From assembly GCA_052438035.1 (NCBI GenBank), contig JBQVPF010000013.1, forward strand, positions 28,532-92,531: a stretch of DNA of 64,000 nt, written 5' to 3'. The notes below the pieces were generated by a model, which saw only the letters and a program-made list of their open reading frames with translations, was not told the DNA's origin and made no database searches. Within the stretch, counting starts at the first letter, position 1. Every line of letters starts with the position of its first letter. The position numbers and the translations under genes are program-made. This document shows, one piece after another, positions 16,926 to 26,335 of this stretch. Source of the stretch: Shinella sp. GTDB lineage: Bacteria; Pseudomonadota; Alphaproteobacteria; Rhizobiales; Rhizobiaceae.

Positions 16926-18236
16926 ATGTCGAGATTTCTAACCGGCGCCGCTGTCGGTGCGTTGATGTGCGCAGGCTCTGCGCTCGCCGCCGATCTGCCC
17001 GGAAAATTCGAAGGCGTTACCGTCGATGCGAAGCTCATCGGCGGTCAGCAATATGAAGCGCTCTATGCGCGCATCGCCGAATGGGAGAAGGCGACCGGCG
17101 CGAAGGTGAACGTTCTTTCGAAGAAGAACCACTTCGAGCTGGACAAGGAGATCAAGTCGGACATCGCGACCGGCAACATCACCTGGTGCGTCGGCTCGAA
17201 CCACTCGTCCTTCGCTCCGCAATATCCGGATATCTATACCGATCTTGCGGCTTTGCTGCCGAAGGAAGAGATCGCTGCCTTCGTGCCGGCCAACATCGCT
17301 GCCTCCACGCTCGGCGGCAAGCTGGTGATGCTACCGCGCGCGCAATTCGACGTCTCGGCCCTCTACTACCAGAAGAGCCTCTACCAAGACGACGCCAAGA
17401 AGGCGGCGTTCAAGGAGAAATACGGCTATGACCTGACCCCGCCGGACACCTGGCAGCAGGTCACAGACCAGGCTACGTTCTTCTCCAATCCACCGGATTT
17501 CTACGGTACGCAATATGCCGGCAAGGAAGAGGCGATCAACGGCCGTTTCTATGAAATGCTGGTCGCCGAAGGCGGCGAATATCTCGACGCCGATGGCAAG
17601 CCGACCTTCAATTCGGAAGCCGGCGTGCGCGCCCTCGACTGGTTCGTCAATCTCTACAAGGCGAAGGCCGTGCCGGTCGGCACGACGAACTATCTGTGGG
17701 ACGATCTCGGCCAGGGCTTTGCCTCGGGCACGATTGCGGTCAACCTCGACTGGCCTGGCTGGGCAAGCTTCTTCAACGACCCGAAGTCGTCCAAGGTTGC
17801 CGGCAATGTCGGCGTGAAGGTGCAGCCGGCCGGTTCTTCCGGCAAGCGTACCGGCTGGTCCGGCCACCATGGCTTCTCGGTCACGGAAAGCTGCGCCAAC
17901 AAGGAAGCGGCCGCTTCGCTCGCCTGGTTCCTCACCAACGAGGACAGCCAGAAGCTCGAATCGTCTGCCGGTCCGCTGCCGACGCGCACCGCCGTTTGGG
18001 AATACAACATCCAGCAGGCCGAAAGCGATCCGTACCGCAAGGAAGTCCTGACCGCCTTCCAGGAGGCGGCAAAACACGCCTTCGCGGTTCCGCAGACGCC
18101 GTCGTGGATCGAGATCTCCAACGCCGTCTATCCGGAGCTTCAGGCCGCCATTCTCGGCGACAAGACCTCCAAGGAAGCGCTGGATGCGGCCGCTGAAAAG
18201 GCGACGCAGATCCTCGAAGACGCCGGCGCACTCTGA
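16926..18236 (+). CDS. Sugar ABC transporter periplasmic substrate-binding protein (SBP family 1)
   Basis: Signal peptide MSRFLTGAAVGALMCAGSALA|AD. 436 aa carbohydrate-type SBP. RBS GGGAGGAG. Two permeases and a MalK/UgpC-type ATPase follow. Confidence 0.9.
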   Translation: MSRFLTGAAVGALMCAGSALAADLPGKFEGVTVDAKLIGGQQYEALYARIAEWEKATGAKVNVLSKKNHFELDKEIKSDIATGNITWCVGSNHSSFAPQYPDIYTDLAALLPKEEIAAFVPANIAASTLGGKLVMLPRAQFDVSALYYQKSLYQDDAKKAAFKEKYGYDLTPPDTWQQVTDQATFFSNPPDFYGTQYAGKEEAINGRFYEMLVAEGGEYLDADGKPTFNSEAGVRALDWFVNLYKAKAVPVGTTNYLWDDLGQGFASGTIAVNLDWPGWASFFNDPKSSKVAGNVGVKVQPAGSSGKRTGWSGHHGFSVTESCANKEAAASLAWFLTNEDSQKLESSAGPLPTRTAVWEYNIQQAESDPYRKEVLTAFQEAAKHAFAVPQTPSWIEISNAVYPELQAAILGDKTSKEALDAAAEKATQILEDAGAL

Positions 18237-18364
18237 TTGCTAAGCGTGGCGCCGGTTCGCCCGGCGCCACCTGCCACCTTTAGTGACATTCTGAAAGACA
18301 GGACCGTCTGCCGGCTTCGGCAAGCGGTGTCTTTCCTGCATTCGTGAAGACAGGAGAAGCCGAC

Positions 18365-19261
18365 ATGAAAGGCTGGAGGCCACCGGCACCGTTTCTGCTT
18401 CTGCTGCCCGCCGTCCTGGTGCTGGCAGCCGTCGTCATCATCCCGTTGATCCTGTCGCTCTATTCGAGCTTCACGCCGTTCCGGCTGACGCAGCCGGCGT
18501 CGCTCTACACCTTCATCGGCTTTCGCAACTATGCCCGCATCCTGACGGACCTGGAGTTCTGGACGGCGTTCGGCCGGACCGTGCTGTTGCTCACCGTCGC
18601 GCTCAATGTCGAAATGCTGCTCGGCCTGGGGCTGGCCATGCTGGTCGAGAAGGCGACGCGCGGCCAGCGCTTGCTGCGCACCATCATGATGTTCCCGATG
18701 ATGTTCTCGCCGATCCTCGTCGGCTTCCAGTTCAAGTTCATGTTCAACGACAATATCGGCCTCGTGAACAATGCGCTCCAGTCGCTCGGCCTGACGGACC
18801 AGGCGATCCCGTGGCTGATCGACGGCACGCTCGCCTTCACCGCGATCCTCATCGCCGAAGTCTGGTCGTCCACCTCGGTCTTCGCGATCCTCATTCTTGC
18901 CGGCCTGCTCGCCATGCCGAAGGAGCCGATTGAGGCGGCGCGCGTCGATGGCTGCACCCCCTGGCAGACGTTCCGCTATGTTACCTGGCCCTTCATCATG
19001 CCCTTTGCCTATATTGCTATGACGATCCGCTCGCTCGATGTCGCCCGCGCCTATGACATCGTGAAGATCATGACGGATGGCGGCCCCGCCAAGCGCACGG
19101 AACTGCTCTGGACGCTGGTCTCGCGCACGGCTTACGCTGATGCCCGCATGGGCCTCGCCAATGCCATGGCCTATGTCGCGATCCTGCTGTCCATCGTCTT
19201 CACCGTCTATTTCTTCCGCAAGCTCTCGGCCGCGCGGACCCAGATTGCAGCCGAATGGTAG
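18365..19261 (+). CDS. Sugar ABC transporter permease (MalF/UgpA-like)
   Basis: Multi-TM with EAA loop EAARVDGCTPWQTFRYVTWP. ATG 18365 is preceded by AGGAGA (GTG 18344 is an alternative). Confidence 0.85.
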   Translation: MKGWRPPAPFLLLLPAVLVLAAVVIIPLILSLYSSFTPFRLTQPASLYTFIGFRNYARILTDLEFWTAFGRTVLLLTVALNVEMLLGLGLAMLVEKATRGQRLLRTIMMFPMMFSPILVGFQFKFMFNDNIGLVNNALQSLGLTDQAIPWLIDGTLAFTAILIAEVWSSTSVFAILILAGLLAMPKEPIEAARVDGCTPWQTFRYVTWPFIMPFAYIAMTIRSLDVARAYDIVKIMTDGGPAKRTELLWTLVSRTAYADARMGLANAMAYVAILLSIVFTVYFFRKLSAARTQIAAEW

Positions 19262-19274
19262 GGGGAGTGGTGAG

Positions 19275-20141
19275 ATGAACGAGAACGCAAAAGCCCGTAT
19301 CAACGGCATCCTTCTGTCGATTGCGCACAAGATCGGCCTGTTCCTGGCGATGACCGTCATCTGCCTGCCCGGTCTGTGGATCGTGCTTGCCTCCTTCCGC
19401 CCGACCGTCGAGATCATGGCGAAGCCGCCGGTCTGGATCCCGCAGGACCTCTCCTTCGATGCCTATGTCGCAATGTTCTCCGGCGTGGGGCAGGGCGGCA
19501 TTCCCGTCATCGAATATTTCCGCAACTCGCTGATCATCTCCGTGACCTCGACGGCGATTGCGCTGGCGCTCGGCATGGCCGGCGGTTACGCCTTCGCCCG
19601 CTTCCGTTTTCGGGCAAAATCCTCGATCTTCCTCGGCCTGATGCTGACGCGCACCGTGCCCGGCATCGCGCTCTCGCTGCCGCTGTTCTTCGTCTATTCC
19701 AAGCTCGGCATCATCGACACGCATTTCGGGCTGATCATCGCCTATGTGGCGCTCAACGTGCCCTTCACCATCTGGTTGATCGACGGCTTCTTCCGGCAGG
19801 TGCCGAAGGATCTGGCGGAAGCCGCGCAGATCGACGGCTGCACGCGCTGGCAGGCCTTCTGGCAGGTGGAGTTTCCGCTCGCCGGCCCCGGCATCGCATC
19901 CGCCGGCATCTTCGCCTTCCTCACCTCGTGGAACGAGTTCGCGCTCGCCTCGCAGCTTACCCGTTCCGTCAATTCCAAGACGCTGCCCGTCGGCCTGCTC
20001 GACTATACGGCGGAGTTCACCATCGACTGGCGCGGCATGTGTGCGCTGGCGGTGATCATGATCATCCCCGCCCTCGTGCTGACCTTCATCGTGCAGAAGC
20101 ATCTGGTTTCCGGCCTCACCTCCGGCGCAGTCAAAGGATAA
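19275..20141 (+). CDS. Sugar ABC transporter permease (MalG/UgpE-like)
   Basis: EAA loop EAAQIDGCTRWQAFWQVEFP. The start at ATG 19275 lies inside the longer 19077 ORF, 14 nt after the previous stop. Confidence 0.85.
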   Translation: MNENAKARINGILLSIAHKIGLFLAMTVICLPGLWIVLASFRPTVEIMAKPPVWIPQDLSFDAYVAMFSGVGQGGIPVIEYFRNSLIISVTSTAIALALGMAGGYAFARFRFRAKSSIFLGLMLTRTVPGIALSLPLFFVYSKLGIIDTHFGLIIAYVALNVPFTIWLIDGFFRQVPKDLAEAAQIDGCTRWQAFWQVEFPLAGPGIASAGIFAFLTSWNEFALASQLTRSVNSKTLPVGLLDYTAEFTIDWRGMCALAVIMIIPALVLTFIVQKHLVSGLTSGAVKG

Positions 20142-20144
20142 TCC

Positions 20145-21242
20145 ATGGCAACCGTTTCCCTTGAAAAGCTGGTCAAGCGCTACGGCGCTGTCGAAGTGGT
20201 GCATGGTATCGATCTCGAGGTCGCCGACCGCGAATTCATCGCGCTTGTCGGCCCCTCCGGCTGCGGCAAGTCCACGACGCTGCGCATGATCGCCGGGCTG
20301 GAGCCAATTTCTGCGGGCAACCTCAAGATCGGTGGCCGCATCGTCAACGATCTGCCGCCGCGCTCGCGCAACCTTGCCATGGTGTTCCAGTCCTACGCGC
20401 TCTATCCGCATATGACAGTGCGCGAGAACATGGGGTTTTCGCTGAAAATCGCCGGCCAGAAGCCGGAGGAGATTGCGCCGCAGGTGGAAGAGGCGGCCAG
20501 GACGCTCGACCTCACTCACCTGCTTGACCGTCGCCCTTCGCAACTCTCCGGCGGCCAGCGCCAGCGGGTCGCCATGGGCCGCGCCATCGTGCGCAATCCT
20601 GAGGTTTTTCTCTTCGACGAACCGCTCTCCAATCTTGACGCGAAGCTGCGTACGCAGATGCGCGTCGAGATCAAGAAGCTGCATGCCAAGGTCCAGTCGA
20701 CCGTCATCTACGTCACGCACGATCAGGTCGAGGCGATGACGCTCGCCGACCGCATCGTCATCATGCGCGACGGCTATATCGAGCAGGTCGGCACGCCGGA
20801 GGATGTCTTCCAGCGCCCCCAGTCGAAATTCGTCGCCGGCTTCATCGGTTCGCCGCCGATGAACCTCAAGGATGCCGAAGTGGCTGACGGCCAGGTGGTC
20901 TTTGAAAACGGCGACCGCCTGCCGCTGCCGGCGCGGTTCAAGGACCGCGTGACGGCCGGGCAGAAGGTGACCTTTGGTCTTCGCCCGGATGATCTCTACC
21001 CCGCCGGCCACGGCATCCATTCCGGCGAGGATGCCGACGTACACCGGCAGGATCTGCGCGTCACCCTGACGGAACCGCTCGGCAACGAAACGCTGGTCTT
21101 CTCGGACTATGCCGGCGCGGAATGGGTCGGCCGCATGCTGAACCCGCGGCGGCTTTCGCCCGGTGAGGCGCTGCCGTTCTGCTTTGACCTGTCGCAGGCT
21201 CATCTTTTCGACCGCGACAGCGGCCGCACCCTGCGAGGCTGA
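20145..21242 (+). CDS. Sugar ABC transporter ATP-binding protein (MalK/UgpC-type)
   Basis: Walker A GPSGCGKST, signature LSGGQRQR, Walker B FLFDEP, plus a C-terminal MalK-type regulatory domain. Confidence 0.9.
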   Translation: MATVSLEKLVKRYGAVEVVHGIDLEVADREFIALVGPSGCGKSTTLRMIAGLEPISAGNLKIGGRIVNDLPPRSRNLAMVFQSYALYPHMTVRENMGFSLKIAGQKPEEIAPQVEEAARTLDLTHLLDRRPSQLSGGQRQRVAMGRAIVRNPEVFLFDEPLSNLDAKLRTQMRVEIKKLHAKVQSTVIYVTHDQVEAMTLADRIVIMRDGYIEQVGTPEDVFQRPQSKFVAGFIGSPPMNLKDAEVADGQVVFENGDRLPLPARFKDRVTAGQKVTFGLRPDDLYPAGHGIHSGEDADVHRQDLRVTLTEPLGNETLVFSDYAGAEWVGRMLNPRRLSPGEALPFCFDLSQAHLFDRDSGRTLRG

Positions 21243-21243
21243 C

Positions 21244-22362
21244 ATGGCGAAGATCGAACGCGTCGAACTAAAAATGGTCGACCTTCGCCCGAAGGTCGAG
21301 CGCACGGATGCCATCCAGAGTTTCGTTTCCCAGGAAACGCCTCTCGTCACCATCACCGACAGCGACGGCGCGGTGGGCACCGGCTACAGCTACACGATCG
21401 GCACCGGTGGCTCGTCCGTCATGCGGCTACTCGCCGATCACCTTGCGCCTCGTCTGCTGGGACGGGATGCCGACCAGATCGAGGCGATCTGGCACGAACT
21501 GGAATTCGCCACCCACGCCACGACGATCGGCGCGATCACCTCGATTGCGCTCGCCGCCATCGACACCGCGCTCTGGGACTTGCGCGCCCGAAAACAGAAC
21601 CTGCCGCTCTGGAAGCTCGCCGGTGGTGCGAAGGACCGCTGCCCGCTCTACACGACGGAAGGTGGCTGGCTGCACATTCCGGTGGAAGCCCTGGTCGAGG
21701 ATGCGCTGGACGCCAAGGCGAAGGGCTTTACCGGCTCCAAGGTGAAGATCGGCAAACCGCACGGCTCCGAGGACTTTGCGCGGCTTTCGGCTGTGCGCAA
21801 GGCTGTCGGCGATGGCTACGAGATCCTGACGGATGCCAATCAGGGTTTTAGCGTCGACGAGGCGATCCGCCGGGCCGAGCGCCTGCGCGAGCTCGATCTC
21901 GGCTGGATCGAAGAACCGCTGCCGGCCGACGATATCGACGGTCATGTCCGTCTCAACCAATCGACCTCGACGCCCATCGCCATCGGGGAATCGCTCTACT
22001 CGATCCGTCATTTCCGCGAATACATGCAGAAGGGCGCGTGCTCGATCGTGCAGGTCGATGCCGGCCGTATCGGCGGTATCACGCCCTGGCTGAAGGTGGC
22101 GCATGCGGCGGAAGCCTTCGACATGCCGGTCTGCCCGCATTTCCTGATGGAACTGCATGTCAGCCTCACCTGCGCGGTGCAGAACGGCAAATATGTCGAG
22201 TACATCCCGCAGCTCGACGACATTACCACCTCGCGTCTGAAGATCGAGAATGGCATGGCGCTCGCGCCCATGACGGCCGGTCTCGGGATCGACTGGGATT
22301 GGGACGCGATCCGCAGCCGTTCGATTTCCGAATTCGAGCACGAGATCCGCAAGGGGGCTTGA
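21244..22362 (+). CDS. Enolase-superfamily (mandelate racemase subgroup) sugar-acid dehydratase, substrate unknown
   Basis: 372 aa. KxK motif GSKVKIGK and metal-ligand regions LTDANQGF / WIEEP / ESLYS. ATG 21244 lies 2 nt after the ATPase stop. Confidence 0.8.
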   Translation: MAKIERVELKMVDLRPKVERTDAIQSFVSQETPLVTITDSDGAVGTGYSYTIGTGGSSVMRLLADHLAPRLLGRDADQIEAIWHELEFATHATTIGAITSIALAAIDTALWDLRARKQNLPLWKLAGGAKDRCPLYTTEGGWLHIPVEALVEDALDAKAKGFTGSKVKIGKPHGSEDFARLSAVRKAVGDGYEILTDANQGFSVDEAIRRAERLRELDLGWIEEPLPADDIDGHVRLNQSTSTPIAIGESLYSIRHFREYMQKGACSIVQVDAGRIGGITPWLKVAHAAEAFDMPVCPHFLMELHVSLTCAVQNGKYVEYIPQLDDITTSRLKIENGMALAPMTAGLGIDWDWDAIRSRSISEFEHEIRKGA

Positions 22363-22365
22363 GAC

Positions 22366-22695
22366 ATGCAGCGCATCGGCATGGTGATCGGCGTGAAGCC
22401 GGAGCAGATCGAAGAGTACAAGCGCCTGCACGCCGCCGTCTGGCCGGAGGTGCTGGCGAGGATTTCGGCCTGCAACATCAAAAACTATTCGATCTTCCTG
22501 AAGGAACCGGAAAACCTGCTGTTCTCCTTCTTCGAATATCACGGCACGGATTATGCCGCCGATATGGCGAAGATGGCAGCCGACCCGAAGACGCAGGAAT
22601 GGTGGGCCGTGTGCATGCCCTGCCAGGCGCCGCTTGAGACGCGCAAGGAAGGTGAATGGTGGGCGGGCATGGAAGAGGTGTTCTTTCATGCCTGA
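22366..22695 (+). CDS. rhaM: L-rhamnose mutarotase (RhaM/YiiL) family 6-deoxyhexose mutarotase
   Basis: 109 aa. EEYKRLHAAVWPEVLARISACNIKNYSIFL...LLFSFFEY parallels E. coli YiiL (EEYQRRHNPIWPEL...NYAIYL...LLFAMVE), recalled from memory. Confidence 0.8.
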   Translation: MQRIGMVIGVKPEQIEEYKRLHAAVWPEVLARISACNIKNYSIFLKEPENLLFSFFEYHGTDYAADMAKMAADPKTQEWWAVCMPCQAPLETRKEGEWWAGMEEVFFHA

Positions 22696-23758
22696 CTTCG
22701 ATCCCAAATCGCTTGCCCAGTCCTGGCCTCTGCCGTCGAAACCACGCCCGATCGTCACCTTCGGCGCGGGCTCGATCGTTGGCGACGCGCATTATCCGGC
22801 CTATCGCAAGGGCGGCTTCCCGATTGCCGGGCTCTATGATCCGGATCATGACAAGGCGAAGGCGCTCGCAGACACATGGGGTGTCACGGCCTATCGAACC
22901 GTCGAAGAAGCGGCCGCGGTTGAGAACGCGATCTTCGATCTCGCCACTCCACCAGCCGCGCATGCCAAGGTGCTCGCAGTGCTTCCCGATGGTGCAGCGG
23001 CGCTGATCCAGAAGCCGATGGGCGCTGATCTCGCGGCGGCGACTGAGATCCTGCGCATCTGCCGCGACAAGAAGCTCATGGCGGCCGTCAACTTCCAGCT
23101 CCGTTTCGCGCCGATGATGCTGGCGCTGAAGGATGCCATCGCCAAAGGCCTGCTCGGCGAGGTCGTCGATTTCGACGTCTATCTGGCGCTCGATACGCCG
23201 TGGGAACTATGGTCCTTCCTCGAAGGCCTGCCGCGCATCGAGATCGCCATGCATTCGATCCACTATCTCGACGTGATCCGTCAGGTGTTGGGCGATCCCA
23301 AGGGCGTGCACGCCAAGTCGATCGGCCACCCGAACCACAACATGGCGCAGACGCGCACCACCGCGATCCTCGACTACGGCGACCGCGTGCGCTGCGCGCT
23401 GTCGATCAACCACGACCACAAATTCGGCCGCAAGCACCAGGCCTGTGAGTTCCGTGTCTCTGGCACGGAAGGAGCGGCCTATCTCCAGCTCGGCGTCAAT
23501 CTCGACTATCCGCGCGGCGAGCCGGACATTCTCGAAATCTATCCGAAGGGCGGCGATAGCTGGGTCGCCGTGCCGCTGGAAGGGACCTGGTTTCCGGATG
23601 CCTTCGTCGGCCGCATGGCAAACCTCCAGCGCTTCGTTTCGGGCGAGGACGCCGATCTTGTCTCGTCGGTCGAGGATGCCTGGATGACTATGGCGCTCGT
23701 TGAGGCAGCCTACGCCTCCAGTGTCGCGCCCGCCACGCCGCTTGCCGCCCGGCCGTAG
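22688..23758 (+). CDS. Gfo/Idh/MocA-family NAD(P)-dependent sugar dehydrogenase
   Basis: 356 aa. N-terminal Rossmann region [18 protein letters not shown], then a Gfo/Idh/MocA C-terminal domain. ATG 22688 overlaps the mutarotase stop by 8 nt. Confidence 0.75.
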   Translation: MPDFDPKSLAQSWPLPSKPRPIVTFGAGSIVGDAHYPAYRKGGFPIAGLYDPDHDKAKALADTWGVTAYRTVEEAAAVENAIFDLATPPAAHAKVLAVLPDGAAALIQKPMGADLAAATEILRICRDKKLMAAVNFQLRFAPMMLALKDAIAKGLLGEVVDFDVYLALDTPWELWSFLEGLPRIEIAMHSIHYLDVIRQVLGDPKGVHAKSIGHPNHNMAQTRTTAILDYGDRVRCALSINHDHKFGRKHQACEFRVSGTEGAAYLQLGVNLDYPRGEPDILEIYPKGGDSWVAVPLEGTWFPDAFVGRMANLQRFVSGEDADLVSSVEDAWMTMALVEAAYASSVAPATPLAARP

Positions 23759-23772
23759 ATCAGGAACAGGAC

Positions 23773-24222
23773 ATGGAACAGGTCAAGTATTTCGAGGACT
23801 ATGCGATCGGCGAGGGCCGCACGACCTACGGCCGAACGATCACGGAAACGGATTTCGTGGTGCATGCCGGCCATACGGGCGACTTCTTCCCGCATCACAT
23901 GGATGCGGAATTCATGAAGACGCAGCCCTTCGGCCAGCGCATCGCCCATGGCACCATGGTCTTTTCGATCGGCGTCGGGCTGACCGCCAGTGTCATCAAT
24001 CCGGCGGCCTTCTCCTACGGCTACGATCGCATGCGCTTCATCAAACCCGTCTTCATCGGCGACACCATCCACACCCGCGTGACGATAACGGGCAAGGAAG
24101 ACGACCCGAAGCGTGCCGGTTCCGGCCGCGTCGTCGAGCGCACGGAAGTCATCAATCAAAAGGGTGAGGTCGTACTTGCCGCAGATCACATCTATGTTGT
24201 CGAGCGTCGCCCGAACACCTGA
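23773..24222 (+). CDS. MaoC-like hotdog hydratase/dehydratase, paralog B
   Basis: 149 aa. [22 protein letters not shown] and [23 protein letters not shown]. It shares the core block with paralog A at 15394-15921. Confidence 0.8.
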   Translation: MEQVKYFEDYAIGEGRTTYGRTITETDFVVHAGHTGDFFPHHMDAEFMKTQPFGQRIAHGTMVFSIGVGLTASVINPAAFSYGYDRMRFIKPVFIGDTIHTRVTITGKEDDPKRAGSGRVVERTEVINQKGEVVLAADHIYVVERRPNT

Positions 24223-24242
24223 CATTCTACCGAGGAGTCCAC

Positions 24243-24977
24243 ATGTCCCAGTCACTTGAAAACAAGCGCGTCCTCATCACCGCCGCCGGGCAGGGGATCG
24301 GCCGGGCGAGCGCGCTCGCCTTTGCTGCCGCAGGCGCCAAGGTGATCGCCACCGATATCAATGCCGACGCCCTGAAGAGCCTTGCCGGCGAGGCCAACAT
24401 CGAAACCTATGTTCTCGACGTCTTGAGTGAAGAGGCCGTCAATCGCGTCGTTTCCGCCACCGGTCCGTTCGATGTGCTCTTCAACTGCGCCGGTTTCGTG
24501 CATGCGGGATCGATCCTCGAGATGGCGGACAAGGACCTCGACTTCGCCTTCGATCTTAACGTGCGGGCCATGGTGCGCACCATCCGGGCGGTTTTGCCGG
24601 CGATGCTGGAGCGCAAGGATGGCGCCATCATCAACATGGCCTCCGTCGCCTCCAGCATGAAGGGCGTGCCGAACCGCGCCGCCTATACCATTACCAAGGC
24701 CGCCGTCGTCGGGCTCACCAAGTCGGTCGCGGCCGACTATGTGGCGCAGGGCATCCGCTGCAACGCGATCTGCCCCGGCACCGTTGAAAGCCCCTCGCTG
24801 CAGGATCGCCTGAAGGCGCAGGGCGATTATGAGACGGCGCGGGCCGCCTTCATCGCCCGCCAGCCGATCGGCCGCATCGGTACGCCGGAGGAGATCGCCG
24901 ATCTCGCCGTCTATCTCGCCGGCGCCACCTACACGACCGGTCAGGCCTACGCCATCGACGGTGGCTGGACCATCTAA
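24243..24977 (+). CDS. SDR-family oxidoreductase (2-keto-3-deoxy-sugar-acid dehydrogenase-like)
   Basis: TAAGQGIGRA glycine motif and YTITKAAV catalytic YxxxK. 244 aa. Sits directly before the fuconate dehydratase gene. Confidence 0.85.
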   Translation: MSQSLENKRVLITAAGQGIGRASALAFAAAGAKVIATDINADALKSLAGEANIETYVLDVLSEEAVNRVVSATGPFDVLFNCAGFVHAGSILEMADKDLDFAFDLNVRAMVRTIRAVLPAMLERKDGAIINMASVASSMKGVPNRAAYTITKAAVVGLTKSVAADYVAQGIRCNAICPGTVESPSLQDRLKAQGDYETARAAFIARQPIGRIGTPEEIADLAVYLAGATYTTGQAYAIDGGWTI

Positions 24978-25038
24978 GACACCTCCGACCGTCGGCAGGA
25001 CGCCGGCGGCCAACTCGACCACGCCAAGGGCCGTTTCC

Positions 25039-26316
25039 ATGACCAAGATCACCAGCCTTCGCTCGATCGACCTGCGCTTTCCCACCTCCCAGAGCCTCGA
25101 CGGTTCGGATGCGATGAACCCGGATCCGGACTATTCCGCCGCCTATGTCGTGCTGGGCACCGAAAAGGCCGGTCTGGAAGGGCACGGCCTCACCTTCACC
25201 ATCGGCCGCGGCAACGAGATTTGCTGTGCCGCGATCGATGCAATGAAGCACCTGGTGGTTGGCCTCGATCTTGACTGGGTGCGCGAGAACCCCGGCCGCT
25301 TCTGGCGCCATGTGACGAGCGACAGCCAGTTGCGCTGGATCGGCCCGGACAAGGGCGCCATGCACCTCGCAACGGGTGCGGTGGTCAACGCGGTCTGGGA
25401 CCTTCTGGCCAAGGAGGCGGGCAAGCCGGTCTGGCGCCTCGTCGCGGATATGAGCCCGGAGGAAATCCTGTCCATCATCGATTTCCGCTACCTGACGGAT
25501 GCCCTGACGCCGGACGAGGCGCTTGCCATCCTAAGAAAAGCGGAGGTCGGCAAGGCGGAGCGCATCGCGAAGCTCGAGACGGAAGGTTATCCCTGCTACA
25601 CGACCTCGGCCGGCTGGCTCGGTTACGGTGACGAGAAGCTGCGCCGGCTTTGCCAGGAAGCCGTCGACCAGGGCTTTACCCATATCAAGATGAAGGTCGG
25701 CCGCGATCTTGAAGATGACAAGCGGCGCCTGCGCATTGCCCGCGAAGTCATCGGCGATGATCGCTACATGATGATCGATGCCAACCAGGTCTGGGAAGTC
25801 GGGCAGGCGATCGATTGGGTGACGGAACTGAAGCCCTACAAGCCGTTCTTCATCGAGGAGCCGACGAGCCCGGACGACGTCGCCGGCCACAAGGCGATCC
25901 GCGAGGCGATCCATCCCGTCAAGGTCGCGACCGGCGAAATGTGCCAGAACCGCATTATGTTCAAGCAGTTCATCGCCGAAGGCGCGATCGACATCGTGCA
26001 GATCGATTCCTGCCGCATGGGTGGCCTCAACGAGGTGCTTGCCGTACTGTTGATGGCGGCGAAATTCGACCTGCCGGTCTGGCCGCATGCCGGCGGCGTC
26101 GGCCTGTGCGAATATGTACAGCACCTGTCGATGATCGACTACATCGCGGTGTCAGGCACCAAGGAGGGCCGGGTGATCGAGTTCGTCGACCATCTGCACG
26201 AACATTTCATCGACCCCTGCCGCATCGAGAATGCCGCCTACATGCCGCCCTCGCTGTCGGGTTTTTCCATCGAGATGAAGCCGGAATCGATCGCGGCCTA
26301 CACGTTCGGCAAGTAG
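25039..26316 (+). CDS. fucD: L-fuconate dehydratase (enolase superfamily, FucD-like)
   Basis: The N-terminus DLRFPTSQSLDGSDAMNPDPDYSAAYVVL and later blocks (TSAGWLGYGDEKL, FIEEPTSPDD, PHAGGVGLCE, FVDHLHEHF) match my recollection of Xanthomonas FucD almost block for block. The start is ATG 25039 inside the longer ORF. Confidence 0.85.
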   Translation: MTKITSLRSIDLRFPTSQSLDGSDAMNPDPDYSAAYVVLGTEKAGLEGHGLTFTIGRGNEICCAAIDAMKHLVVGLDLDWVRENPGRFWRHVTSDSQLRWIGPDKGAMHLATGAVVNAVWDLLAKEAGKPVWRLVADMSPEEILSIIDFRYLTDALTPDEALAILRKAEVGKAERIAKLETEGYPCYTTSAGWLGYGDEKLRRLCQEAVDQGFTHIKMKVGRDLEDDKRRLRIAREVIGDDRYMMIDANQVWEVGQAIDWVTELKPYKPFFIEEPTSPDDVAGHKAIREAIHPVKVATGEMCQNRIMFKQFIAEGAIDIVQIDSCRMGGLNEVLAVLLMAAKFDLPVWPHAGGVGLCEYVQHLSMIDYIAVSGTKEGRVIEFVDHLHEHFIDPCRIENAAYMPPSLSGFSIEMKPESIAAYTFGK

Positions 26317-26335
26317 CGGTTTGCGCGTGGGCTTC

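Noticed and set aside
19200-21380. Very long antisense ORFs: 19200..21380 (726 aa), and likewise 46203..48308, 48020..50146, 29835..31928, 62025..63911, 7138..9006, 52095..53414, 53342..54886, 38574..39914 and 3677..4915.
   Set aside because: They lie opposite genes with unmistakable family motifs (ABC ATPase, HyuA/B, MscS, NrdE and others). Their translations are Arg/Ala/Gly/Asp-rich low-complexity sequence with no recognisable domains. This is the usual stop-codon-poor shadow frame of GC-rich DNA.
24829-25038. 70-aa N-terminal extension of the fucD ORF, with similar extensions on the 21163, 22553, 19077, 10227, 8978 and 46167 ORFs.
   Set aside because: The extensions overlap the preceding genes and are Pro/Arg/Ser-rich. 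The family-conserved N-termini start at internal ATGs that sit right after the upstream stop codons.
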